Virus record (IMG/VR): IMGVR_UViG_3300034980_000806
Location: 1 to 51,713 of that record
Source: a virus
Taxonomy: Duplodnaviria; Caudoviricetes
Length of the DNA stretch: 51,713 bases
Strand: one strand, 5' to 3'
The notes beneath the pieces were generated by a model, which saw only the letters and a list, made by a program, of their open reading frames with translations, searched no databases and was not told the origin of the DNA. Positions 9,642-18,622 of this stretch are shown one piece after another; within the stretch, counting starts at the first letter, position 1; every line of letters begins with the position of its first letter. The translations under genes and the position numbers were made by a program.

Positions 9642-12374
9642 TTAGGATCCCTGTCGGCGCAGGCCGTAGGCATCTTCCAGCGCTTGAGACATAGGGCCGT
9701 TACCCCAGATATCGGCCACATACACGGTTGCCATCTGATCGCCGTTGTCGTCGCGACTTTGCTCGACCTCTCCAGCGCGAGATCTGTCCTGCACCAGATT
9801 TACCACCAGGTTGGTCTGAGCTGCTGCCGGAGCCTGGGCGCTGCCAGACGACTGAGTCGAAACAACAGAGCTTCCCCCTCCAGCCACCGATACCCGCTCG
9901 TTCGAGTTGATCGCCTCCAGCAGAGCTCGGTTGCGCTTGGTGGCCGCGGCATTCACCACGAACTCGCCGTCACTCAGCCGGGCCATGATGCTGTCGGAGG
10001 TGCCGGTGCCGGCGCCAGACACATAGCCGCCGGTGGCGAAGCCTGGAAGGCTGACCGAACGGATCGATGCAACCTGGGCCATCTGCGCAGTGAGCGCAGC
10101 GCCTGCGGCCGCAATGCCGAGCGCAGGACCGACAATTGGGATGCCGGCCATTGCTGAGTAGGCATCACTCGCTGTTTTCGGGGCATTGATCAAGGCCTGA
10201 GCGATTGCCACGGCCTTCGAGACAGCAAACATCGCCTTGTAGGCAGAAGACTGCTCGCCTGCAAACGTTCCAACAACACTGGTCAGGTCGCTGAACATGT
10301 CCTGAGCGATGGCGATTCTAGCCATGCTCATTGCCTGCTCGTTCCTCATGGTATCGGCGGCACGCTGTTGCTCGAGCTGACGAATTGTCTCGTCATATTG
10401 AGCAGCATTCTCCACCTCAAGCTCGCGGTACTGCTGGTACATCGCTATCCGCTGGTCGTACCACGCCTGAAGCTGAGCATTCTCCTCGGCCATGCGTGTC
10501 AGTTCTGAGCTAGGCCCGCCGACCTCTGCCGAAATCACAGAGGTATTCGGCTTGCCGCTAAAGATCTGACCCTTGATCGATGAGTCGATACCTGCCCTGG
10601 CGATGTTGCCAGCCGGCCCCTGGATTCCTGTTGCTGCCGCTTTTTGCGCGTAGAGCTCTGCCAGGCTTTGACCTTTGACGTACTCTTCGTTGATCTGCTT
10701 CAGCCTGGCCAGGTGCTGATCCTGCCCCTGAACAATGGACGCATAGTTAATGGATGCCTGCGCCAATGCTTTGCTGTACTCACTCTGGCTGATTGCGCCA
10801 CGGTCCAGTGCAAATTGGAGCTGTTGCTGCTCTCTGGTGAGGGAGCGCACCGCTTGAGCGGCAGGGTCGTATTGCCCATACAGTTTGGCGAACAACCCCA
10901 GCGCCTCGGAGAGTCCTTTCTTTGCCTCGGCGGTAGCTTTTGCGTTTGCCGAACCGAGATCCTTAGCCGCCTTTTCTGCAGCAGCTTTCCGGTCTTTTTC
11001 CTCGGCGTACTGCAGCAGCAGCTTTTCCTGCTCTGGCAGAAGCTTGCCAAGCTCTCCAGTTTCAATGGCATACCTGACCTTGGCTGCCTCTGAGTTTTCC
11101 CCTTGTAGGGCGGCCTGCTTTTTCAGGCTGGCCAGCATTTTTTCGTATTCAGCGTTAACGACCGCGGCAGGCTCTTCGCCTTTTGGCTTCTGCGCACCAG
11201 TCCCGGCTGCTGCTGACTCCATCTTGCTTACGATCGCTCTGATCGCAGTGGACTTCCCCTCAAGCTCTTTGATCTCGGCATCAATCTCTGCGCGGTCGTA
11301 GAACTTGAACTTGAAAAAGACCGTATCAGCCGGGTTATCCTTTGCCAGCTTTGACCTTGCGTTCTGCAGGTCACGAATATCGGCCATGGTGACGCTGAGC
11401 TCGTTGTTCAGCCCGGCTACGGTTTGCTTGTCCTTGCGGAAAAAGTCCAGAAACTCGCCGGAGTTGAACCCATCCATGGCGCGTGCCAGCGCTGCAATCC
11501 CGCCAGCTAGCCTACTGCTTGCCCCGGTAGCCTCGTCCAGCCTGCCAACAGTGGTGATCAAGGCGTTATTGAAAGAGGTGATCGCTTGGCTGACGGTAAG
11601 GGTCATGGCCGAACTTAGTTCGTCGACCTTGTCTTTCTGATTTTGGAGGGCCTTAACCACTGCTTCGGATGTCAGCTTACCTTCTGCGCCCATTGCCCTT
11701 AGTTGGCCGATCGTTACTCCAAGGCCGCGAGCGATTGCCTGGGCCAGGGCCGGCGTCTGCTCCATGATCGAGTTCAATTCGTCGCCGCGTAGCGTTCCGG
11801 ATGCCAGCGCCTGGCCAAATTGAACCATAGCCGCATCGGCGGCCTGAGCACTGGCGCCGCTGAGTGCGACCGTTTTCGCCACCGTCTCGGTGACGCTGGC
11901 CACATCAGAGAAGTCGAGCCCGAGCTGTCGTGCGTTTTGTGCAACCCGCTGATAGACCTGGGCAGTAACCTCGAGCGACTGCCGTGAGTTCTGGGCGACC
12001 AGGTAAACCGATTCCTGGGCGAACGCCAGCTGCTCTGCGCTTTCAGTTACCAATCGCAGCCGGTTTGTCAGGTTTACGTACTGCTCAGCGGCTGCTGCAA
12101 TTTTCGCAACACTGAACGCCGCCGCAATTGGTCCGGCCAGTCCAGTGACTGCCGAAGCAAGTCGGTCTGTCTGGCCTTCCAGAGTTCTGACTTTAGAGGC
12201 GCTTGTTGACGCCTGATTGCCCATCTCACGGATACCGGCCTCGACCCTATCCATCGCCGGGTCAACACGGTTGCCGGCTGACTCCAAGGCACTCAAGTCC
12301 TTGGTCATCGCTCGGGTGTCACGCTGAGCACCTCTGGAGTCGATCGTAACCGCCAGGCGAGACTCTTGGTTCAT
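9642..12374 (-). CDS. Tape measure protein
   Basis: Start MNQESRL after GGAG; QFGQALASGTLRGDELNSIMEQ motif; Ala-rich helical; GFATGGYVSG..SDSI.ARLSDGEFV C-terminus. Confidence 0.95.
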   Translation of the reverse strand: MNQESRLAVTIDSRGAQRDTRAMTKDLSALESAGNRVDPAMDRVEAGIREMGNQASTSASKVRTLEGQTDRLASAVTGLAGPIAAAFSVAKIAAAAEQYVNLTNRLRLVTESAEQLAFAQESVYLVAQNSRQSLEVTAQVYQRVAQNARQLGLDFSDVASVTETVAKTVALSGASAQAADAAMVQFGQALASGTLRGDELNSIMEQTPALAQAIARGLGVTIGQLRAMGAEGKLTSEAVVKALQNQKDKVDELSSAMTLTVSQAITSFNNALITTVGRLDEATGASSRLAGGIAALARAMDGFNSGEFLDFFRKDKQTVAGLNNELSVTMADIRDLQNARSKLAKDNPADTVFFKFKFYDRAEIDAEIKELEGKSTAIRAIVSKMESAAAGTGAQKPKGEEPAAVVNAEYEKMLASLKKQAALQGENSEAAKVRYAIETGELGKLLPEQEKLLLQYAEEKDRKAAAEKAAKDLGSANAKATAEAKKGLSEALGLFAKLYGQYDPAAQAVRSLTREQQQLQFALDRGAISQSEYSKALAQASINYASIVQGQDQHLARLKQINEEYVKGQSLAELYAQKAAATGIQGPAGNIARAGIDSSIKGQIFSGKPNTSVISAEVGGPSSELTRMAEENAQLQAWYDQRIAMYQQYRELEVENAAQYDETIRQLEQQRAADTMRNEQAMSMARIAIAQDMFSDLTSVVGTFAGEQSSAYKAMFAVSKAVAIAQALINAPKTASDAYSAMAGIPIVGPALGIAAAGAALTAQMAQVASIRSVSLPGFATGGYVSGAGTGTSDSIMARLSDGEFVVNAAATKRNRALLEAINSNERVSVAGGGSSVVSTQSSGSAQAPAAAQTNLVVNLVQDRSRAGEVEQSRDDNGDQMATVYVADIWGNGPMSQALEDAYGLRRQGS

Positions 12375-12379
12375 ACAAA

Positions 12380-12412
12380 CTCCGGGCACAAAAAAGCCCG
12401 CACTTGGCGGGC
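12380..12412 (-). terminator. Intrinsic terminator fused to tape-measure RBS
   Basis: GCCCGC-caagt-GCGGGC-T6-GTGCCCGGAG; 32/33 identical to 5048-5080. Confidence 0.75.
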
Positions 12413-12429
12413 TTCGGTTGAATGTCTGC

Positions 12430-12726
12430 TCAGTCTGCGACCGGCTCTAGGTCTGAGGAACAGTGCTTGCACTTGATGGCTTCTCGCTGAACCACCTCGG
12501 CGCAGTAAGGGCACTTCCTATAGCTGGCGGATGACCCAAACTTTTTGGCAATTTCTATGCTTTTTGCGTCATCAACGCCGACTGGATTTACCAGCCAGAT
12601 GGCAATCAGGGCAAAGATTGAGAACAGGAATCCAAGCACGAACCATGCGCCGGTGCTGCGTCCTTTCTGCTTGGCGAAGTACGCTGTCACAGCGGCGACC
12701 GCCAGCCAAACAATCAAAATCTCCAT
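12430..12726 (-). CDS. Membrane protein with C-terminal zinc ribbon (moron)
   Basis: Two TM segments; CPYCAE...CKHC; AGGAGG RBS; extended -10 TGGTAAATT at 12751-12759. Confidence 0.8.
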   Translation of the reverse strand: MEILIVWLAVAAVTAYFAKQKGRSTGAWFVLGFLFSIFALIAIWLVNPVGVDDAKSIEIAKKFGSSASYRKCPYCAEVVQREAIKCKHCSSDLEPVAD

Positions 12727-12780
12727 GAGCCCCTCCTGAGTCGATGGCTAAATTTACCACCCACTCGTGACCTGGCGCTA

Positions 12781-13146
12781 TCAGCGCGGCTTTTGAGTTC
12801 TTGATTTTTCAGTCTGGCTTTCCTGCTCCTGGCTCCAACGCCTCCTGAACTCCTCGTCGAGAGCAAATATTGCGCCGTCAAACTCTTCGCGGCATATCAC
12901 CGATGGGTAGCGGTCGAGGTATTCAGCAATCGCGGCTGGCGCAATTGGGGCTGGAGCACCGACCATGCCGACGTACTGGCGTGATTTTCCAATGTGCCCA
13001 TAGGCCTCAAGTATCTCAGCAACCACGCCGTCGATCAGCGGTGCCTCCTGGGCACTCAGCCCGAGGCGCTCATGCTTCCAGCGCTTCTTCTCGTTCTCCG
13101 GCCCGGCCCAGTCCCTACCCCAGCGATATGCCGCTACTGCTTTACC
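12781..13146 (-). CDS. Tail assembly chaperone, frameshifted C-terminal part (T-like)
   Basis: The -1 frame from 13140 is open (AVAAYRWGRDWAG...) and continues into ORF 12781-13026. Confidence 0.75.
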   Translation of the reverse strand, partial: GKAVAAYRWGRDWAGPENEKKRWKHERLGLSAQEAPLIDGVVAEILEAYGHIGKSRQYVGMVGAPAPIAPAAIAEYLDRYPSVICREEFDGAIFALDEEFRRRWSQEQESQTEKSRTQKPR

Positions 13147-13574
13147 GCTGTTTCTGCTGCCCGCTCCTTGGCCCTGGTCATGATGTCCAGTGCAGCCCGG
13201 ACAACAATCCAGTAAACGTCAGGCATCATCTTGAGCAGTTCGACGCCGAGCTTTGGACAGTACTGGGCCGGGACGCCAGGGTTATCAGCAACGTCCACAC
13301 CCTGCCAATCCTTGATCAAGTGGCGCGCTGCCAATTCAAAGTACAGGTCATCGCCCGATTCGATCTCGACCTCCGCCACCGCATCCAGGCTGAAGTCTTT
13401 GGTTCCCGCTTTGGTCTGAAGGTCGATGGAATCCAGATGACGCTGAATGATGGCCTTGTGCGACTTGAACATCGGATTACCGAAGGATGCTACAAGCAGT
13501 TTTGCACCTGGCGCAAAGTCGACCCAGCGCTGACCCTCGATATCCAGTTCAGGCTTCTTGATGGTGATACCCAT
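13134..13574 (-). CDS. Tail assembly chaperone (G-like)
   Basis: Between tail tube and tape measure; ends GCG GTA AAG CAG TAG. Confidence 0.8.
   Translation of the reverse strand: MGITIKKPELDIEGQRWVDFAPGAKLLVASFGNPMFKSHKAIIQRHLDSIDLQTKAGTKDFSLDAVAEVEIESGDDLYFELAARHLIKDWQGVDVADNPGVPAQYCPKLGVELLKMMPDVYWIVVRAALDIMTRAKERAAETAVKQ
13140..13146 (-). promoter_or_regulatory. Programmed -1 frameshift site G GTA AAG
   Basis: Resembles lambda GGGAAAG; -1 shift joins the G and T frames. Confidence 0.7.
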
Positions 13575-13631
13575 GGTATTCCTCTGCGGTAAAAGGCCCG
13601 ACGCACACCGCAGGGCGCGCCGGGCAAAGGC

Positions 13632-14801
13632 TTAAGCGGTGACGGTGACAGCGCAGGTGTCGGTCTTGGTGCCGTCTGCAGCGCTGGTTGCCGTGATGGT
13701 AGCGGTGCCGACGGTCAGCCCCTTGACCAGACCGGTCTCGCTCACGCTCGCGATGGCCGGGGCGGAACTGGTCCAGGTGACTTGCTGGCTGGCACCGGCA
13801 GGGGTGACCACGACCTCCAGGTCGCGAGTTGCGCCAACGGCCAGGCTCACGGTGGCCGGGGTGACATCCACGGCGGCCACAACGATCGGCGCCGGCAGGC
13901 GGGTGATGGTCGGGGCCACGCGGCGGGCGGTGTAGTTCAGCTCCACCTGGATGATGTCGGTCGAGCCGCCATCAGGCCAGTCAGCGGTCACTTCCATCTC
14001 GGGGATCAGGAAGTTGTACCCGCCGTCGGCGTTGCCGATGGTGAATTCCAGGCTGATCGCGTCGTTACCCTTCTGGGCCTTCCACAGTTCGTAGGCCATC
14101 TTCGACCAGCTGATGGTGATCGAGCCGGACGGGGTGAACGTGGTGGCGATGATGTTGCCCGGGTACGGGTTGCCGTTGCCGATACAGCGCTGGGTCTGCA
14201 CGTTGTTGTCGAACTGCAGGTTGAAGCTGTCGACGCAGGCGTTGTCCTCGCCCACCTGGACGCCGTTGATCTTCAGGCCGCTGATGTCCTTGAAGCTGAA
14301 GCGGCGCTGGCTAGCCTCGGGTTGGGCGTTGATGATGAACGACGTGTTGTCGCCCTTGTCGTCCCAGGAGCGCGCCGCCATGGTCATGGTGACCGTGACC
14401 TCGTTGTCGCCCGGGAAATCGAAGTTCATGTTGGCGACTTGAACGCCGCGGGCGATGGCCGACACGCCGATGTCGGTAGCGTAGGAGGCAATCGAGAAGG
14501 TGATACGGTCGTCACCCATGGTCAGGGTATTGCCCGCCCAGGCCTTGCCGAAGCAGGAGGCCATGAACTCGTCCAGCGCGCCGAAGCGCCACTTGGTCTC
14601 GATGTCGCCGCCCACGTCCACGGTGGTCTGGGCAGTGCCCTGCGACATGCGGGTGAAGCCGATTTCGTTGTTCTCTTCCGAGTTGAAGGTCGGCATCAGG
14701 CCGTTGCTGATTCGCGTCAGTACGTTCCAGTCGCCGGCCGGGGTCACGCCCGGGGTTACTTCTTTGATCCAGGCCAGCTGGACCTTGGCTCCGCTCGACA
14801 T
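13632..14801 (-). CDS. Major tail tube protein with C-terminal Ig-like (Big_2) domain
   Basis: MSSGAKV..E.TPG start; C-terminal VTWTSSAPAIASVSETGLVKG Ig motif. Confidence 0.9.
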   Translation of the reverse strand: MSSGAKVQLAWIKEVTPGVTPAGDWNVLTRISNGLMPTFNSEENNEIGFTRMSQGTAQTTVDVGGDIETKWRFGALDEFMASCFGKAWAGNTLTMGDDRITFSIASYATDIGVSAIARGVQVANMNFDFPGDNEVTVTMTMAARSWDDKGDNTSFIINAQPEASQRRFSFKDISGLKINGVQVGEDNACVDSFNLQFDNNVQTQRCIGNGNPYPGNIIATTFTPSGSITISWSKMAYELWKAQKGNDAISLEFTIGNADGGYNFLIPEMEVTADWPDGGSTDIIQVELNYTARRVAPTITRLPAPIVVAAVDVTPATVSLAVGATRDLEVVVTPAGASQQVTWTSSAPAIASVSETGLVKGLTVGTATITATSAADGTKTDTCAVTVTA

Positions 14802-14825
14802 GCGGTTTCTCCTATCGATAGGCGT

Positions 14826-14847
14826 AAAAAAACCGCCATGTGGCGGT
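14826..14847 (-). terminator. Intrinsic terminator
   Basis: ACCGCC-acat-GGCGG-T7. Confidence 0.7.
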
Positions 14848-14860
14848 GCAAGTGGCGGGC

Positions 14861-15268
14861 TCAGTAGGCCCGGTATGGGATCGACACGTTCACCTGATAC
14901 CAGCCATGGCCGTCATCACCGATCGTGCTGGCCGAAGCCGCGTAGCACTCAAACGGCCCGGTCGGGTCGCTGTAGAACTCGAAATGCTGCACCAGCGTGT
15001 CGGCGGCCTTGGTAATAGCCAGGGTGCCCTTATAGCTGGGCACGAACAGCTGGATCATGATGATGCCGGTGCGGCGCACGCACGGGCCGATGCCGACCTC
15101 GGGCGCACTGGACAGCCCTGGCACATCCGCCAGCCTGGCCCAGATCGGCTTGCCGGCCGGGTTGAAAGGCCCTTGCGGTGGGTTTGGGTAGTCCACAGCA
15201 TCAGCGGGAATGCCCGCCCACTGCGCCATGCGGCCGGTGACGATGGCCCGGATTTGTTCGAAGGTCAT
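14861..15268 (-). CDS. Tail terminator protein
   Basis: Directly before tail tube; G...IQLFVP..G and WYQVNVSIPY motifs. Confidence 0.7.
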   Translation of the reverse strand: MTFEQIRAIVTGRMAQWAGIPADAVDYPNPPQGPFNPAGKPIWARLADVPGLSSAPEVGIGPCVRRTGIIMIQLFVPSYKGTLAITKAADTLVQHFEFYSDPTGPFECYAASASTIGDDGHGWYQVNVSIPYRAY

Positions 15269-15651
15269 GAGTAGGCCTGCGATACGCTGTTGAACGACAC
15301 CGCGTAGATGCCGGCGGGGGCCTGCTGGGAGTGCCCATCCTCAAGCGGTACCGCATATGGGAGGTTGTTCTGGATGAACACCTGCGTGTAAGGCTCAAGC
15401 CCGGTCATCACCCTGACGCCCTGCTGGATGGTATCCGAGCCGGTCGGGTCGACATTCACGCTGCTGGTGTACACGGGCGCGCCCACGCTGACGATGTTGT
15501 TACCCAGGAACCGCCCAGTGTCGACTGGCGACCGCAGGACGATCTCGTTGAGCATCGCCAGGGCAATGACGCGCACGCGCTGCGTCAGGGCCTCTTCGAC
15601 CAGGCCGGCGAACAGGCTTGGTGGTGTGCTCCATCCCCTGCTCTTGGCCAT
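15265..15651 (-). CDS. Neck/tail completion protein (HK97 gp10-like)
   Basis: SPVDTGR and NNLPYA..LE.GHS.QAP.G motifs. Confidence 0.75.
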   Translation of the reverse strand: MAKSRGWSTPPSLFAGLVEEALTQRVRVIALAMLNEIVLRSPVDTGRFLGNNIVSVGAPVYTSSVNVDPTGSDTIQQGVRVMTGLEPYTQVFIQNNLPYAVPLEDGHSQQAPAGIYAVSFNSVSQAYS

Positions 15652-15653
15652 GG

Positions 15654-16037
15654 CTACTTCCTCAGCTGCAATCTGTAGGTGGCCGAAGCCGGGTCTGCGC
15701 GCACTGACTTGACCAGGTAGACCACCTGCTTGGACCGTTCCATCAGATCGGGAGCGGTGATCTTGTGCCCAACATCCGGGGTATCGGTGACCTCGTTGGC
15801 AAGCGCGGTGAGGCGCAGGTCACCGACCAGGATGTTGATGTTGTCGATCCGGCTGTCTTCGTACCGCGAAAGCACGCCCCGCCCCGAATACGTCACGGGC
15901 TGGGCCGTGGTTTCCTCGGTGACAGGATCAACCACGCCGGGACCCATGTACTCGCCCGTGAAGGCCAGCACCGCGTCGGCCAGGTCCGTATTGAAAGCAT
16001 CGGCCAGGTCGGCCTGCAGTTCATCGCGAAGTCCCAT
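15654..16037 (-). CDS. Head closure/head-tail adaptor
   Basis: Position; DPA.ATY.LQLR C-terminus. Confidence 0.6.
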   Translation of the reverse strand: MGLRDELQADLADAFNTDLADAVLAFTGEYMGPGVVDPVTEETTAQPVTYSGRGVLSRYEDSRIDNINILVGDLRLTALANEVTDTPDVGHKITAPDLMERSKQVVYLVKSVRADPASATYRLQLRK

Positions 16038-16038
16038 A

Positions 16039-16410
16039 TCAGCACCTTACGATCTTGGTCTGGCCGCTGCTGTTCAGGTAATGCGCCAGCAGCGCCAGGG
16101 CGAACGACTCGCCAGCGCTGATGGTGCGGGAGGATTCGGAGTAGGTTTTGCTGCTCGAAACCCCGTCAGCGTTGACCGACTTGCTCAGCACGCCGGTCTC
16201 CTTGCTGCCGTAGATGTTCCCTGCCGCAGCCTCCCGGGCAATCTCAGCGCCGGCCTGGATGACGTCGTCCGGTACCGGATCGAACTCAGGCAGGCCGAGA
16301 TTGGTGAGCCAGGTGTTGGCCATCAGCACCGCCCGGGCCTTCTGGTCGGCGGGCGCCCAGCCTGGCCCAAGCAGGGCGTCTACCTGCTCGACGGTGATGT
16401 AGATGGTCAT
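16039..16410 (-). CDS. Head-tail connector protein
   Basis: Position; MTIYITVEQVD start typical of gp15/gp6-like adaptors. Confidence 0.6.
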   Translation of the reverse strand: MTIYITVEQVDALLGPGWAPADQKARAVLMANTWLTNLGLPEFDPVPDDVIQAGAEIAREAAAGNIYGSKETGVLSKSVNADGVSSSKTYSESSRTISAGESFALALLAHYLNSSGQTKIVRC

Positions 16411-16706
16411 TACGCGGCCTCGTCCAGCAGCTTCTGGAGGTCTTCAAGGCTGGCGTCAGGGCTGAACTGCACGCCCTTTTCGTTCAAGTCGGCCTGCAGC
16501 TTTGCCTTCAGCTCGGCTTCTTCAGCGGCCTTCTTCTCGGCAGCGGACTTTCCAGCCTTCGAGCCTTTGGCCTCCTTCAGCGGATCTGGGTGCTCGTAGC
16601 CATCCGGCGCAAAGCGCGCATCGATGATCTTGTAGCCCTTCTGACGCAGTTCAGCCTTTCGCTCAGGGCTGACCGGGTGTTTCTCGTAAATCACTTTCTC
16701 GCTCAT
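16410..16706 (-). CDS. Hypothetical virion-associated protein
   Basis: AGGAG RBS; C-terminal LNEKGVQFSPDASLEDLQKLL (HeH/LEM-like). Confidence 0.6.
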   Translation of the reverse strand: MSEKVIYEKHPVSPERKAELRQKGYKIIDARFAPDGYEHPDPLKEAKGSKAGKSAAEKKAAEEAELKAKLQADLNEKGVQFSPDASLEDLQKLLDEAA

Positions 16707-16747
16707 GGCGATCTCCTGGGAAGGCGCCCCGGAGGGCGCGGTACCGG

Positions 16748-17716
16748 TTACTTGGTGGCGTCACCGATGGTCAGCACGCCGGCCGAGGCCTTGATGCTGT
16801 TCGCCACCAGGTCCCAGTTGGAGCCGGTCGCCAGTTCAGCGTCGGTCGGAGACTTGCCACCATTGGCGGTATCCCAGGTGTAGCCCTTGAGACCCATGCC
16901 GAAGGTATAGTCGGCCTGCATGGTGGTCTCGATGCGCTGGTTGCCGTTGGTGGTCTCGATGTTGGTGATCAGGTCGGAGCCATCCATCACCATCGCCGCA
17001 CCATCGGCCAGGCTCAGCACCTTCTGCTTGTCCGGGGTGCCGGACTCGAACAGCGCGGCGGCGTCGGTGATGATCACCGCCTTGCCCAGGATGTCGACCA
17101 CCTGCACGCCGCTGAACTGGAACAGGCGCTCGGCGTTGGCGAGGTTCTGGCCCATCAGCTTGTGGTACATGGCACCGGTCATGACCTGGGCAACCAGGCG
17201 CTGGGAGGCGTCACCGAACAGCGCGTGAGCGTTGTTGATGGCGACGTAGGTGATGCCGGCGGTGGCCGAGACATCGTTCACAGCGGTCGGCTGGTTGCCG
17301 ATGGCGGCCACCAGGGCGGCGATCGCAGTGTTCAGCTGGTCAGCCATGATCGATTCGGACAGGTTGCGGCTGATGACCTCCAGCGCTTCCTCCGGGTTCT
17401 TCTGCACCCAGGACAGCTGGGAAGGTTCCCAGATGATCGGGCCGAAGCCGCCGGCGATCTTCACCGAGTCGTACTGCTTCTGCGACAGCGGGGTAGAAGC
17501 CTGCGAGCTGTTGGCGGCATAGCGGTCGACGCGGCGTTGAGCGCCGTGCAGGCCAGCCCAGAAGGATTCCTGCAGGAAGTCTCCGTCGATGCCCTGGGTG
17601 GTGAGGCGGATGGCCCCGGCCGAGGCAGCGTTGAACTTCTCGACGTCCTGCTGCAGGGTCTCGATGGTGGTTTGCTTGAGGTATTCGTTGAACACCTTCA
17701 TGTTCGAGAGAGACAT
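16748..17716 (-). CDS. Major capsid protein
   Basis: 322 aa after scaffold; strong codon bias; GYTWD..NGGKSPTDAELATGSNW end. Confidence 0.9.
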   Translation of the reverse strand: MSLSNMKVFNEYLKQTTIETLQQDVEKFNAASAGAIRLTTQGIDGDFLQESFWAGLHGAQRRVDRYAANSSQASTPLSQKQYDSVKIAGGFGPIIWEPSQLSWVQKNPEEALEVISRNLSESIMADQLNTAIAALVAAIGNQPTAVNDVSATAGITYVAINNAHALFGDASQRLVAQVMTGAMYHKLMGQNLANAERLFQFSGVQVVDILGKAVIITDAAALFESGTPDKQKVLSLADGAAMVMDGSDLITNIETTNGNQRIETTMQADYTFGMGLKGYTWDTANGGKSPTDAELATGSNWDLVANSIKASAGVLTIGDATK

Positions 17717-17725
17717 ATCGTTTCC

Positions 17726-18472
17726 TTATGCGTCTGCGGTCATGGCCTTGATGGCTTCCAGGCGCGCAGCCTTGTCGCCGCCAAGGTTTCCCTTGGTCTG
17801 GGGCTTTTGACCATTGGTCGTGTGGGCGCCAGTGCCTTGAGCGCCGGAGCCCTTGAGGATGTGATCGCGGTGCGGGTACTGCGAGACGAGGGTTTCGAGC
17901 GCTTCGTTGAAGTCGGCCAGTTCACCCGGGCGGGAGCGGCTGAAGATCTTCTGGCCCTGGGCGTCGTAGGCGACGACCTTGCCTTCCTCGATCTTGAAGT
18001 TGCTGCCGAAGGTGGCCTGGACCATGTCAGCAGGAACAGCCATCTTCTCGGCGATGTACTGCGAGCGGGCGAAGCTGCCGCCGATCTTCTCGGCATACAG
18101 CTGCTGCTCGAGGCCCTGCGCCTTGTTGTTGGCTTCATCCAGCTGGGTTTGGAAGGCTTTGCTGATTTCGCCCTTCACCTTCTCGATCTCGCCGGCATCC
18201 ACCAGCTTCTTGGCGTCGAGGTTGGCGACGATCTCCAGGGCTTTCTTGGCGGCCGCAGCATCTTCGATGCCTTCGAACGCCTTCGCAGTCTTCTCGAAGC
18301 CGTCCGCGCGCTCACGGTGCGACTTCGCCTCGGCATTCAGCCGGGTGATGGTGTTGCGGGTGCCGACCGCATCGAATGCGACGTCCTTGCCGTCGTCATC
18401 GGTGTAGACGGGCTTGCCATCTTCGATCACTGCGTACTGCTTGCCATCCACTTCAACGGTCTTGAGTTTCAT
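17726..18472 (-). CDS. Capsid scaffolding protein
   Basis: Likely start MKLKTVEV; coiled coil; directly upstream of capsid. Confidence 0.8.
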   Translation of the reverse strand: MKLKTVEVDGKQYAVIEDGKPVYTDDDGKDVAFDAVGTRNTITRLNAEAKSHRERADGFEKTAKAFEGIEDAAAAKKALEIVANLDAKKLVDAGEIEKVKGEISKAFQTQLDEANNKAQGLEQQLYAEKIGGSFARSQYIAEKMAVPADMVQATFGSNFKIEEGKVVAYDAQGQKIFSRSRPGELADFNEALETLVSQYPHRDHILKGSGAQGTGAHTTNGQKPQTKGNLGGDKAARLEAIKAMTADA

Positions 18473-18549
18473 CTCGTCTCTCTGGGCCATCCGGCCTGTT
18501 GTTGAGCCATCCGGCCCCATTGCGCCCCGTCCATCCGAACCGCAGGCAG

Positions 18550-18575
18550 AAAAAAGCCCCGCGCTTGGCGAGGCC
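18550..18575 (-). terminator. Intrinsic terminator-like hairpin
   Basis: GCCTCGC-caagc-GCGGGGC followed by T-run. Confidence 0.6.
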
Positions 18576-18582
18576 TGCATTG

Positions 18583-18619
18583 CGCGCCACAAAATGCTGG
18601 TGTTGCGTTTCGTGGCGCG
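18583..18619. repeat. 37-bp inverted repeat, copy 1
   Basis: CGCGCCACAAAA-N13-TTTCGTGGCGCG. Confidence 0.85.
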
Positions 18620-18622
18620 GAA

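Noticed and set aside
18473-18592. Extended scaffold N-terminus
   Set aside because: Region is a terminator plus hairpin leader; likely start is 18472
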